From positions 256,001-320,000 of the forward strand of contig CAWDDT010000005.1 in assembly GCA_963801165.1 (NCBI GenBank): a stretch of 64,000 nt of DNA, given 5' to 3'. Source of the stretch: an uncultured bacterium (GTDB taxonomy: Bacteria; Actinomycetota; Acidimicrobiia; Spongiisociales; UBA5794). The position numbers and the translations under genes were made by a program. Under the pieces are notes generated by a model. It made no database searches and had not been told where the DNA came from. It saw only the letters and a list, made by a program, of their open reading frames with translations. Positions 17,737-27,436 of this stretch are shown one piece after another (the stretch's first letter is position 1; every line of letters starts with the position of its first letter).

Positions 17737-19185
17737 GTGCCTTTCTCGGGAGGTCGTGTCGTGACCGGGCCCAAGCTTCCCGGCCGCATGGTGCGGCGTG
17801 CGGTTCGCACGCCACGAGAGCTGGCCCGCTGGCTCCGGGCATTGGCACGCCGGGAACCACGTCAGGCTCAGGAGTACATCAGCACCCACGCCGGTGATTG
17901 GTCACTGGTCGCCGACGCGAGCCCGGCCGACGCAGCCGACATTCTGGAGGCGGTAGGGGAAGAAGCCGCCGGGGAGCTGATCGCCGATCTCGACCCTGAT
18001 CAGGCCGCCGACCTGTTCGAGGAGGTACGCGATCAGCTAGCTGCTGCGATCCTCGAGGAGCTCCCGGAGACCGGCGCCGTGCAGATCCTCGCGGAGATGG
18101 CTCCCGACGAGGCCGCCGACATCCTCGCGGCCCTCGACCCCGAGGTGAGCGACCGTCTTCTCGACGCCTCTGCCGATGAGTTCTCCGACGAGGTGCGTCG
18201 CCTGCTCGGGCACCACCCCGAATCGGCGGGTGGTCTGATGACCACCGACATTGCCTCGCTCCCCGTCGGGCTGAGCGTCGGCGAGGCGATGGAGCGGATC
18301 AGGCACCTTCGGGAGGAGTACGAGGACCTCTCCTACATCTACGTGGTCGACGACACCGAGCACCTGCTCGGGGTCGTTTCGTTTCGTGATCTCGTGTTCC
18401 GCCGACCTGGCGACAGTCTCGACCAGGCAATGGTGCAGCATCCGGTGGCGGTGGAGGCAGCCACCGACCGCGCCGTGGTCGCCGAACTCGTACAGCGGTA
18501 CCACCTGTTCGGGATTCCCGTCATCGACGACGAGGGCCGCTTGCTCGGTATGGTCACCACAGACGCCGTCCTCGAGGTGGTCCAGGAGGAAGCATCTGAG
18601 GACTTCGCCATTGCGGTGGGTACCACGGCCGAGGACTCGGTACATGCACCGGTGCGCCGCTCCATCCGGCACCGACTCCCCTGGATCGCATTCGACGTCG
18701 TCGTGTCGTCGAGCGTTGTCTTCGCCATCTCGCAGTTCAACGACATCCTCACCGCCTTCGTTGTCCTCGCTGCCCTCATGCCGCTGGTCGCCCGCATCGG
18801 CGGCGACGCCGGGGCGCAGACGCTTGCGGTGGTCATCCGGGGTCTGGCCACCGACGACATCCAGAAGGGCGATCGTCGGCGTGTGCTGGCGAGGGAGACG
18901 ACGATCGGGTTGGTGAATGGTTTCGTCGTTGGTGTCCTCGCCGGTTTGCTCGGTTACGGGCTGCAGTCCCTCCACGCCGGCCCTGATCCGCTTCGGGTGG
19001 CCGCCGCGGTCATGTTCGCCTCATGGACCAATATCGTGCTGGCGGGTCTAGCCGGGGCAGCCATCCCGCTCGGCCTGAAGCGGCTCGGTTTCGACCCCGC
19101 TCTCGGATCAAACCTGTTCCTCACCACCGCCACCGACCTGGTCGGCTTCGCCGGCTTCCTGGCGGTGGCGACCCTGCTCCTCTGA
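17737..19185 (+). CDS. mgtE: Magnesium transporter MgtE (start uncertain)
   Basis: ESAGGLMTT, CBS pair (YIYVVD, IPVIDDEGRLLG), RLPW, GGDAGAQT, DPAL.S..F.TT.TD..G. Confidence 0.9.
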   Translation: MPFSGGRVVTGPKLPGRMVRRAVRTPRELARWLRALARREPRQAQEYISTHAGDWSLVADASPADAADILEAVGEEAAGELIADLDPDQAADLFEEVRDQLAAAILEELPETGAVQILAEMAPDEAADILAALDPEVSDRLLDASADEFSDEVRRLLGHHPESAGGLMTTDIASLPVGLSVGEAMERIRHLREEYEDLSYIYVVDDTEHLLGVVSFRDLVFRRPGDSLDQAMVQHPVAVEAATDRAVVAELVQRYHLFGIPVIDDEGRLLGMVTTDAVLEVVQEEASEDFAIAVGTTAEDSVHAPVRRSIRHRLPWIAFDVVVSSSVVFAISQFNDILTAFVVLAALMPLVARIGGDAGAQTLAVVIRGLATDDIQKGDRRRVLARETTIGLVNGFVVGVLAGLLGYGLQSLHAGPDPLRVAAAVMFASWTNIVLAGLAGAAIPLGLKRLGFDPALGSNLFLTTATDLVGFAGFLAVATLLL

Positions 19186-19257
19186 GGTAGCCCGATAGCC
19201 TGCGGCGCCGGTCCCACCGGTGTGGCATGATGCCTTGTCCTACCGGGAGGATTTGGC

Positions 19258-21588
19258 GTGAACGTGGTACGCAGCTTGATGAAAGCGCTCCTGGGGAAGC
19301 GGCTCCCCATCACGGAGGGGACCGTTCGAGTGCCAGGCATCACGGGGACCATTCGTATCGCTCGTGACGCACACGGCGTCGCCTACATCGACGCTGACAA
19401 CGACACAGATGCCTGGTTTGGCCACGGCTTCGTCCAGGGTCAGGACCGCGCCTTCCAGCTCGAATCGATCCTTCGTTTGGTGCGGGGCACGCTTTCCGAG
19501 CTGATCGGGCCGGACACCGTTCCGCTCGATCGTCTGTCACGTCGCATCGGCTTCCGGCGATCTGCGCTTGCCCAACTGGATGCGCTCGACGACGACATCC
19601 GCACCATGCTCGAGGCATTTGCGGCCGGTGTTACGCAGGGGGCAACGGTCGGCTCTTCAAAGGTTGCCCACGAGTTCACATTGCTGCGTAGCAAACCGAG
19701 CCGCTACGAGGTTGCCGACATCCTCGGTCTGATGAAGCTCATGCCCTTCCTGCTGGCATCGAACTGGGATGCCGAGCTGATGCGGTACAAGATGATCGCC
19801 GAGGACGGCGTGGAGGCGATGCTGGCGCTCGACCCCACCTACCCCGAGTGGCTGCCTGCAACGATCCCGGTGGGTAAGTCGGCGGGCCCCGCCATTGACC
19901 GGCTTTCCGCCGACCTCGAGTCGTTCACAGCGGTGACCGGGATGGGCGGCGGGTCGAACAACTGGGCGATAGCAGGGTCCCGCACTGCGTCGGGTCGTCC
20001 GATCGTGGCGAACGACCCCCACCTCGCCCCGTCTCATCCTTCTCATTGGCATCTCGCCCATGTGTCGACGCCGGATTGGCATCTTGCCGGAGCCGCCCTG
20101 GTCGGGGCACCGGCGTTCCCCGTCGGCTTCAACGGCAGATGCGCCTGGGGTGTCACCGCAGGGCTGATCGACAACACCGACCTGTTCCTCGAAGACATCG
20201 GCCCGGACGGCGCGAGCGTCCGCATCGGCGACGAGTTCGTTCGATGCACGGTGCACCGGGAGACGATCAATGTGAAGGGTGGCGAGCCCGTCGTCGAGGA
20301 GGTACTCGAGACACCACACGGCCCGATCATCAGCCCGGCGCTTGCCGAGAACGAGGCCGCCATCGCACTGCGTGCCACGTGGCTCGACCCGGTGCCCGGT
20401 CGCGGCATGCTCAGCCTGCAAACTGTCTCGACACCACAAGAGCTGAGCAACGCATACCGCCATTGGCCGAGCCTGCCGCTCAATATCGTTTCCGGCTACG
20501 ACAACGGGGATATCGCCTGGCAACTCGCAGGCGACACCCCGATCCGCAAGACCGGCAACGGCACCCTCCCTGTCGCCGGCTGGGATCCGGCCAATGGCTG
20601 GTCCGACGAACTCGTCGACATCACAGATCTGCCGCACGCCGTGAACCCTGAGACAGGCTACGTCGCGACGGCCAACAACAAGCCGCTTGCCGGGGACGGC
20701 GGCGCCTTCGTTGGTTACGACTTCATCGACGGCTACCGGGTGGCAAGGATCACCGAACAGCTTGCGGCACACGACAAATGGACCCTCGCCGACGTGGCTG
20801 CACTCCAGACCGATCGAACCACGATTCCCTGGCGAGAGATGCGCGACGTCGTCCTCGGTGTCACCACCGAAGACCCGGACGCGGCGATGGCGCAGGGGAT
20901 GCTCCGTGGGTGGGACGGGGTAGCTGGAATCGCTTCGATACCGGCAAGCGTGTACGAGCTATTCGTCGTCAACCTCGCCAAGCGGGTTGTTTATGCGAAG
21001 GCTCCGAAGACGGCAGAGTGGGCACTCGGGAAAGGGATGGATGCCCTGCATCCCGAGATGGGAGTCTTCACCCGCAGGACGGGTCATCTCTCCCGCCTCG
21101 TGCAGGAGCGTCCCGACGGTTGGTTCGACCAGGGATGGGATGCCGAGATTGCGAAGGCCCTCGCCGAGTCCGTCAAGCAGCTGATCGTGCTGCGAGGTCC
21201 GGACACGAAGCAATGGGGCTGGGGTGCAGTGCGGCCGCTGACCTTCAAACATCCGGTCGGCGAGAAGAAACCGATGGACAAGGTGTTCAACCTGGGTCCT
21301 TTCCCGTGGGGCGGCGACGCCAACACCGTCAGCCAGGCGGCCGTGTCGTTCCTGGACCCGACGGCCAACTCGGGATTCGTGGCATCAATGCGGATGTCGG
21401 TCGAGGTCGGACACTGGGACAGCAACCGGTTCGTGCTACCCGGCGGGCAATCGGGCAACCCGATGTCGCCGCACTATGCCGATCAGCTCGACCTCTACCG
21501 GACGGGTAAGTCGATTTCTATCGCCTGGTCACCCGAGCGGGTCGCGGCGGCGACGGTCGGCATGCTCGAGCTTCGACCCGGGACCTAG
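19258..21588 (+). CDS. Penicillin acylase family Ntn hydrolase
   Basis: RDAHGV, QDRAFQ, GSNNW nucleophile, ANDPHL, TANN, PGGQSG.P.SPHY.DQ. Confidence 0.92.
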   Translation: MNVVRSLMKALLGKRLPITEGTVRVPGITGTIRIARDAHGVAYIDADNDTDAWFGHGFVQGQDRAFQLESILRLVRGTLSELIGPDTVPLDRLSRRIGFRRSALAQLDALDDDIRTMLEAFAAGVTQGATVGSSKVAHEFTLLRSKPSRYEVADILGLMKLMPFLLASNWDAELMRYKMIAEDGVEAMLALDPTYPEWLPATIPVGKSAGPAIDRLSADLESFTAVTGMGGGSNNWAIAGSRTASGRPIVANDPHLAPSHPSHWHLAHVSTPDWHLAGAALVGAPAFPVGFNGRCAWGVTAGLIDNTDLFLEDIGPDGASVRIGDEFVRCTVHRETINVKGGEPVVEEVLETPHGPIISPALAENEAAIALRATWLDPVPGRGMLSLQTVSTPQELSNAYRHWPSLPLNIVSGYDNGDIAWQLAGDTPIRKTGNGTLPVAGWDPANGWSDELVDITDLPHAVNPETGYVATANNKPLAGDGGAFVGYDFIDGYRVARITEQLAAHDKWTLADVAALQTDRTTIPWREMRDVVLGVTTEDPDAAMAQGMLRGWDGVAGIASIPASVYELFVVNLAKRVVYAKAPKTAEWALGKGMDALHPEMGVFTRRTGHLSRLVQERPDGWFDQGWDAEIAKALAESVKQLIVLRGPDTKQWGWGAVRPLTFKHPVGEKKPMDKVFNLGPFPWGGDANTVSQAAVSFLDPTANSGFVASMRMSVEVGHWDSNRFVLPGGQSGNPMSPHYADQLDLYRTGKSISIAWSPERVAAATVGMLELRPGT

Positions 21589-21589
21589 G

Positions 21590-21652
21590 TCATGCTTCAT
21601 TGACGGGCACGACCGGCGGCAGGTCGAGCGCCTCCGCCCGGTACGCCAGCGT
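21590..21652 (-). pseudogene. Displaced 3'-end duplicate of the gene at 22693-23025
   Basis: 21595-21652 matches 22698-22755 with 1 mismatch in 58 bp; encodes TLAYRAEALDLPPVVPVNEA*. Confidence 0.85.
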
Positions 21653-21854
21653 ACGGCCGGAAACTATTCGCTCGGTCCGACCACCCACGGTGGTGTCACG
21701 CAACCGACGGGAACGCAGAAGTGCATCGTTCAGGGGTACTTCCCCCTCTGAGCGGTAAGCGTCGCGATCGAGCGTTCCGTTCGCCCTCCCTCATCCGGTG
21801 CAGATCCACCTCCTGCCGCAGTTATCGAGAAGCCCCACGCGCCGTCATGTGGGA

Positions 21855-22466
21855 TCAAAGAGAGCGATCCGCCAAGAGATGAGCACCGACAAGCACAATC
21901 CAGGTGAGGTACACGAAGAGAAGCCCCCGCTGCACGAGTCCGGTGTTGGCAGCATCTCTCTGGAAGGCCAGAGCCGTCCAGACGGTCATACCGACACCAG
22001 CTACCGCCGTTGCCAACGTGTACCAAGCCCAGAAGGCGTCCAGTTGAAGCGCCACAGCCAGGCACGCCCCAAGGGCTGCCAGGAAAAGGACCGGACCACT
22101 AACGTTGTGGATCCGAGCGCTCCAGGAAGGCTCGGCTCGAGGTTCGATGGGTGCTCCAGGCGGATATCCGCGTACTGGGTCGGGGGCAAATACGCCTGAG
22201 ACGAACAGCCCAAAACCAAAGATCGCCAGCAGCCCAGCTCCGATGAGAGTGTCCAGAGCTTGATATATCGCGGCAGCAAAGGCGAACATCCCTAGTCCCA
22301 CGACAAAGAAGTTGGCTCGCTGCACCCAACCTCGCTCACCAAGCTCCAACTCGCTCCCGGTGTGGTAAACGGGGTTATACCCAACTCGGATCGCACCTTC
22401 GATGAGCACTACGGCGAGGAACAATACAGCCGTTGCCATCCCGACAATGAGTAGGACATCTAGCAT
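21855..22466 (-). CDS. DUF998-family membrane protein
   Basis: GYNPVYH..SEL..GE.GW.Q..NF, GVF..DP..GYP.G, H, GL.QR. Confidence 0.8.
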   Translation of the reverse strand: MLDVLLIVGMATAVLFLAVVLIEGAIRVGYNPVYHTGSELELGERGWVQRANFFVVGLGMFAFAAAIYQALDTLIGAGLLAIFGFGLFVSGVFAPDPVRGYPPGAPIEPRAEPSWSARIHNVSGPVLFLAALGACLAVALQLDAFWAWYTLATAVAGVGMTVWTALAFQRDAANTGLVQRGLLFVYLTWIVLVGAHLLADRSL

Positions 22467-22692
22467 GACCTAATCCTTCCTGCCCCGACCATAAATGAGT
22501 TGCCCGCACTCCCAGTCGGTCGCATCAACCGATGCGTAGCCCTCTTGCCCAGCGCCCGAATGAGCCGATGTCGCTCGGGTACTGAATCGGATCTTCCTCG
22601 CTCCAGAAGGGTGGTTCCGAGCACCAGGCGCCCCAGAACCAAACACCCGGCAGGTTGCCATCTCGTCGCCGCCAACCCTTGAAACCGCCCCT

Positions 22693-23025
22693 TCACACTT
22701 CATTGACCGGCACGACCGGCGGCAGGTCGAGCGCCTCCGCCCGGTACGCCAGCGTGCGGACGAAGTCGTACATGTCCCGGCCTTCCTCTGTAGCCAGCGT
22801 GCCTTCGTAGTTGTTCCTCTGATAGCTCGTGAGACCACCGGGGCGGAACCGCGTTATGTGCAGGTCTCGCTCGCCGCGCAACTCGGCGATGACCTGTGTG
22901 AGCACATCGGACAGGCTCTCTATCGCGCTCGCCGGAAAGTCATCGGAGGGCGACATCGCGCCGAGCGCCTCGTGCAACGCCAGCGCCCACTCGATCAGCT
23001 CTGTATCGGGTGGGATGGGCTCCAT
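22693..23025 (-). CDS. Hypothetical protein
   Basis: AGGAGG RBS before ATG at 23025; 110 aa; its 3' end is duplicated downstream. Confidence 0.65.
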   Translation of the reverse strand: MEPIPPDTELIEWALALHEALGAMSPSDDFPASAIESLSDVLTQVIAELRGERDLHITRFRPGGLTSYQRNNYEGTLATEEGRDMYDFVRTLAYRAEALDLPPVVPVNEV

Positions 23026-23075
23026 CGCTTTCCTCCTGGACGCGCCCGGCCAATCATATCGAGTGAACCGCCACA

Positions 23076-23107
23076 TTGCACCCATATGTATGGGCCATAT
23101 GATATGG
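23076..23107 (+). promoter_or_regulatory. vapBC promoter with tandem palindromic operators
   Basis: TTGCAC (-35) and TATGAT (-10) overlapped by CCCATAtgTATGGG and CCATATgATATGG. Confidence 0.65.
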
Positions 23108-23115
23108 TTCACTGT

Positions 23116-23358
23116 ATGAAGACGACCGTTGAGATCACCGATGAACTCCTCAGAGCGGCAAAGCACACCGCCGCCTTCCGCGGCACGACACTCCGGGACC
23201 TGATCGAGCGTGGCCTCCGCCACGAGCTCGACGAGGAGCGCGGAGGTTCGTTCACCCTCGTCGATGCTTCCTTCACGGGGTCGGGCACCCAGCAAGGAGT
23301 CGCAGAAGGCGACTGGACGACCATCCGGGAGCTGATTTACGAGGGCCGCGGCGGATGA
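23116..23358 (+). CDS. vapB: VapB-type antitoxin (RHH)
   Basis: MKTTVEITDELLRAAK..A...GTTLRDLIE.GLR; overlaps the toxin start. Confidence 0.85.
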   Translation: MKTTVEITDELLRAAKHTAAFRGTTLRDLIERGLRHELDEERGGSFTLVDASFTGSGTQQGVAEGDWTTIRELIYEGRGG

Positions 23359-23786
23359 TCGCCGTCGACACCAACATCCTTGTGTACGCACACCGGGGTG
23401 ATTCGGCCTATCACCAGCCGGCGCAGGAGACGATCCGAGACCTTGCCGAGGGAAGAAGATCGTGGGCAATCTCATGGCCGTCTATCCACGAGTTCCTGGC
23501 GGTGGTCACTCACCCCCGTATCTACGATCCGCCTACGCCTGCCGACATGGCCGTCGCCCAGGTGGAGGCATGGCTCGACTCGCCATCACTCGTCGTGATC
23601 GCTGAGGGGAATGACCACTGGGATCAGTTGAAGCCGATGATGACCACGGGCGCCACCGGACCACGAGTCCACGACGCGAGGATCGCTGCTCTGTGCAACG
23701 GGGCGGGGGTAACCGAACTGTGGTCGGCGGACCGCGACTTCACCCGATTCCCGATAAGGACCCGGAACCCGTTGATCGCCGGGTAG
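23355..23786 (+). CDS. vapC: VapC PIN-domain toxin
   Basis: MIAVDTNILVYAH, HEFL..VTHPR, VHDARIAA, SADRDF.RF. Confidence 0.92.
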   Translation: MIAVDTNILVYAHRGDSAYHQPAQETIRDLAEGRRSWAISWPSIHEFLAVVTHPRIYDPPTPADMAVAQVEAWLDSPSLVVIAEGNDHWDQLKPMMTTGATGPRVHDARIAALCNGAGVTELWSADRDFTRFPIRTRNPLIAG

Positions 23787-23818
23787 CGCGCCACCGACTG
23801 CCAGGTGAATGGCATTTC

Positions 23819-24196
23819 TCAGGGCTGCTCGGCCACCGACTGGAACGCCCGGCGAACACGCTCAACAACCTGATCGATGCTCAGCCCTAGCTGGTGTCCC
23901 CTGATTGCGAGCGTCTCGACGGCGCGGTCCAGGTCGGTGTCGTTGTGCTCGCCGACGTGCGGCTCCGAGACGAAACTCCCGTGTCTCCCCCGGGTCTCCA
24001 GAACGCCATCGCGCTCCAATTCCTGATACGCACGCGCCACAGTGCCGGGAGCGATGCCAAGGTCTCGGGCGAGCTGACGTATCGTTGGTAGCCGGGTGCC
24101 CACATCGAGCACTCCTGACACGGCCATTGCGGTGATCTGGCTCCGGATCTGCTCGAAGGCGGGGATCGGCGAATCCGCGTCGATCCGGATGATCAT
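23819..24196 (-). CDS. GntR (YtrA-subfamily) regulator
   Basis: PAFEQI, RLPTIRQLARDLGIAPGTVARAYQELE, GRHGSFV. Confidence 0.92.
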   Translation of the reverse strand: MIIRIDADSPIPAFEQIRSQITAMAVSGVLDVGTRLPTIRQLARDLGIAPGTVARAYQELERDGVLETRGRHGSFVSEPHVGEHNDTDLDRAVETLAIRGHQLGLSIDQVVERVRRAFQSVAEQP

Positions 24197-25068
24197 GCTT
24201 CCCTCGCCCTCGGCACGATCCACTTGGTGTTGAGGCGCGGAAAGCCAAGCAGCATCCCCAAGCCGCCGAATAGAAGCAGGATGCCGAGCACACCGAAGAC
24301 CCAGGCAATCGGACTGTTCGTGGTCCTCGCCAGATCCCACGCCATCGCGGCAACCAGCCACATCGGACCGCCGTATCCCAGCCCGGCGAGGCCCTGGATC
24401 GACGCGCTGCGCATAGCGTCGTCTGCTTGTAGGTCATCGAGGTCGTCGAAGCTCTGGCGACGGCGTACGACAAACTCCTGAGCGATCCGCGTCGCAGCAA
24501 TGATGGAGAGCGCCGCCAGCGCTAGGCCTACGTACCAGATTGTGTCGTGACGTGTGGGGACGTGCTCGCCGGGAAGCCGAATGGTCCCGAGGGGAAGGAT
24601 GCTTCCGGCGCCGGCCATCAGAAGAGCGAGACCGGCGAGGATACAGTTGTCGATCCGCGTGAAGCCCGGCAGGTACTGACGCAGCTCTCGCGGCTCCACC
24701 GTCACCGAACCGCCGCTGGCGTGAGGACGGGTGACCTCAGCGAGAATGATGCCTGCGGCAAACCCAATCAGCCACCAGTAGGTGCCGAGATCGTCCATGC
24801 GATACGCGCTGCGCGTCACCCACATCCACACAAACGGGACGTTCCATCCAGCCAGGAATCCGATGGTGCGGATCCACCGGGTCCGCCTGAGATAGGCAGC
24901 AACACGGGGTCGGGTCTGTGCGCCTTTCCGTAGCCCGTGTCCGATCATCCACGAGTCGAGTGCCTTCTGGCTCGGATAAAGCACCGCACGGAGAATCCCG
25001 ACAACGGTGACCCCGCCGAAGAACATGAAGCTCACGATCAAGCTGTTGGTGTCATATCCATCTATCAT
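24193..25068 (-). CDS. Hypothetical multi-TM membrane protein
   Basis: Hydrophobic helices; ATGA coupling to the gntR gene. Confidence 0.75.
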   Translation of the reverse strand: MIDGYDTNSLIVSFMFFGGVTVVGILRAVLYPSQKALDSWMIGHGLRKGAQTRPRVAAYLRRTRWIRTIGFLAGWNVPFVWMWVTRSAYRMDDLGTYWWLIGFAAGIILAEVTRPHASGGSVTVEPRELRQYLPGFTRIDNCILAGLALLMAGAGSILPLGTIRLPGEHVPTRHDTIWYVGLALAALSIIAATRIAQEFVVRRRQSFDDLDDLQADDAMRSASIQGLAGLGYGGPMWLVAAMAWDLARTTNSPIAWVFGVLGILLLFGGLGMLLGFPRLNTKWIVPRAREA

Positions 25069-25074
25069 GTCACT

Positions 25075-25098
25075 ATTGTATCAATGTATCGATACAAT
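25075..25098. promoter_or_regulatory. YtrA/GntR-type operator
   Basis: Palindrome ATTGTATCaatgtatcGATACAAT directly upstream of the operon start. Confidence 0.75.
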
Positions 25099-25118
25099 GC
25101 AACAGAAATTTGTCCACC

Positions 25119-25175
25119 TCTGGCGTTGATTCTGGCCGTCTATGTGCGCGTATCAACGCCAGAACTGAGCGGCTA
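25119..25175. repeat. Solo copy of the TCTGGCGTYGAT...ATCRACGCCAGA palindromic element
   Basis: tctggcgttgattctg...cgtatcaacgccaga...gcggcta, similar to 31107-31164 and in the same orientation. Confidence 0.85.
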
Positions 25176-26552
25176 CACGCCGTCCCAGCCAGCGAGACGG
25201 GCTGACAACCACCAGAACGCCATGCCTTTGCGGCGACAGTTGAACGGATGGCTGTGGGCGCAGCTCGAACCGAGGTCGGCGCAATCGTCGGGATGGGTCG
25301 AGCACCAGGTGCTGCACCATTCGCAGGCGTCGCTGGCGTCTGGGTAGAAGTTGCCCGCCGGGTCGTATTGCTCGATGTCGGCGAAATCGAACAGCACTCC
25401 CCCGGTGTCGAGCACATGCTGACGAACCTTGTCGTTGTTGGCATCGAGCGATGCGCTGCCGCCGTCGAGATGCCCGGTCATGTAGACGAAGGTCACATCC
25501 GGGTATTCCGTCTCCAGGGTCGTCATCGCTTCGAGGTAGGCATCGACATCGGTGTAGTCGCCCGACATCTCACCGCACCACGACCAGGCGAAGGCGTTCG
25601 CTTCGGGCACGTCGGCGAGAACCGACCGGGCCTCGCCCAGGTAGGCGGAGGCGTTCCAGGACCACCCGGAGTCGTAGCCCATGCGTAGCTCCGCGGGGGT
25701 CGTCTGAGGACCGATCTCTCGATACCACTTCTCGAACGACAGCCCCAGCCAGTTGTCGAGGTCCTCGGCGCCGGTCCAGATCTGGGTGCCGTGCGATGTC
25801 GACCCGTATGCCCAGATCACATCATCGGCGGCGGCCTCGAGCCATATCTCGGGGATGGCGTCGATATCGGCGGCATTGTGGTCCACAACGATCGCATCCG
25901 GGGTCTCCGGCGGCGGTGGCGTGATCGGGTCGAGGTCGAGAGCTCGGGCGAAGAACGACGCCATCTGGTCACGCTTGACCGGCGCGGTGGGACAGAACTG
26001 ATCGTTGGCAGGTGGGTTGCAACCTGCAGTGACACCGGCCCCGGCGAGTGCGTTGATACTTGCCTGGAAGATCGACGTGTCATCATCTGTGAAGTAGCCG
26101 GTGGATGTTGCCGGGTAACTGAAAGCTCGAGTGAGGAAAGCTGCCATCTGTTCCCGGGTCACCGAGGCGTCGGGGCAGAAGAGATCATTGTCGGGCGGGT
26201 TGCATCCCTTGGTGATCCCAGCAGCCGCAACCGCGTTGATGTCCGCTTCGAATACCAGGCCGTCGTCGTCTGTGAAGTAGTCGGTCGAGACTGGAGCCAG
26301 GTCGAGGGCCCGCTTGAGGAACGCAGCCATCTGGCCACGGGTGACGTTGCCGCTCGGGCAGTAGCGATCGTTGACCGGCGGATTACAGCCCCTGGTGATC
26401 CCAACGTCGGCGATTGCCTCGATGTTGGCCTCGTGGACGTTCCCGTTGTCATCGGTGAACGTGCCGCCGGGCGGTAGGGCGGCCACTGCCACTCCCGCAA
26501 CCATCATGCTGGCCAGCACCAGGACGAGTGGGCTCAAGATCCTCGTACGCAT
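25173..26552 (-). CDS. Secreted protein with three SLH-like repeats and a C-terminal hydrolase-like domain
   Basis: Signal peptide; repeats FTDD...I.A...GIT.GCNPP.ND.(Y/F)CP...VTR.QMAAFL.RA; C-terminal GSTSHG motif. Confidence 0.8.
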   Translation of the reverse strand: MRTRILSPLVLVLASMMVAGVAVAALPPGGTFTDDNGNVHEANIEAIADVGITRGCNPPVNDRYCPSGNVTRGQMAAFLKRALDLAPVSTDYFTDDDGLVFEADINAVAAAGITKGCNPPDNDLFCPDASVTREQMAAFLTRAFSYPATSTGYFTDDDTSIFQASINALAGAGVTAGCNPPANDQFCPTAPVKRDQMASFFARALDLDPITPPPPETPDAIVVDHNAADIDAIPEIWLEAAADDVIWAYGSTSHGTQIWTGAEDLDNWLGLSFEKWYREIGPQTTPAELRMGYDSGWSWNASAYLGEARSVLADVPEANAFAWSWCGEMSGDYTDVDAYLEAMTTLETEYPDVTFVYMTGHLDGGSASLDANNDKVRQHVLDTGGVLFDFADIEQYDPAGNFYPDASDACEWCSTWCSTHPDDCADLGSSCAHSHPFNCRRKGMAFWWLSARLAGWDGV

Positions 26553-26728
26553 CGGCTCTCCTCAATCGCGCCATGGGTAACCCTGGCATAATCGACAGTT
26601 AGCCGCGATAGGTTTAGCCCAATTCCTACCGGATGTGTGGGCGGGCGGCGCCAACGACGATATGGTCTCCGGACAATTCCTCAGCAGGAGCTGGGAATTC
26701 CACAGGATCGAGCGCCGGCGCCGGCCAC

Positions 26729-27328
26729 CTATACGCCCGCCGTGAGAGCGCTTGTTCTCACGTGGGTCGCCTGGTCACGCAACGACGATGTGTCGTCGTA
26801 TGTCACCACTGCCCTCGTCTCGAGCCCGGTCGTTGGCTCCAGCAGCACCGCCAGAGTGTCCCCGGCGACGGTGGCTCCGAAACCCGCACGGGCGCCGGCG
26901 CCAAAGGCTCCCTGCTCGGCGTGCCACAGGAGCATGATCACCCGACTCGACCTCGTATCGGCCCAGTCCCCGGCGGTGACCCCGAGGCTGCGGTGGAACC
27001 CGGCGACGGCGGCGGCGGGAACCGATCCGTACTCACAGGTACCCGTCACCGGCGCGGATGCGTCAGCCAGAAACAGACGGGCAGTCTGGGCCAAGTAGGC
27101 ACATCCCGACGCCGGGTCCACGACCTCCTCGTATCCGATTGTCGTGACCGCGGTTGGCTCAACACCCGCCATCACCGCCGCCACCGCGGCGTGTTGCGCT
27201 CGATCGAGGTCGATCGCCGCCTCGGCATTCCCCGTGCCCTTGATCAGGGCGACGAGCAGCATCGCCACCAGGGTCGCTGCCACCACCACGATGCGAATCA
27301 CCACAGCCCGCATTGTTGCCCGGTCCAT
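26729..27328 (-). CDS. Hypothetical membrane-anchored or secreted protein
   Basis: GAGGAG RBS; N-terminal hydrophobic helix. Confidence 0.55.
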   Translation of the reverse strand: MDRATMRAVVIRIVVVAATLVAMLLVALIKGTGNAEAAIDLDRAQHAAVAAVMAGVEPTAVTTIGYEEVVDPASGCAYLAQTARLFLADASAPVTGTCEYGSVPAAAVAGFHRSLGVTAGDWADTRSSRVIMLLWHAEQGAFGAGARAGFGATVAGDTLAVLLEPTTGLETRAVVTYDDTSSLRDQATHVRTSALTAGV

Positions 27329-27436
27329 TCGTCGCTCCTCACCTGCCCGAGCCTCTCACATACTGTTCTCCGATGCCGCCGCCGCGGTTCCGGCGACCTT
27401 TGGGATAGGTGGGTTGCGTGAACGCCCGTTTCGGAC

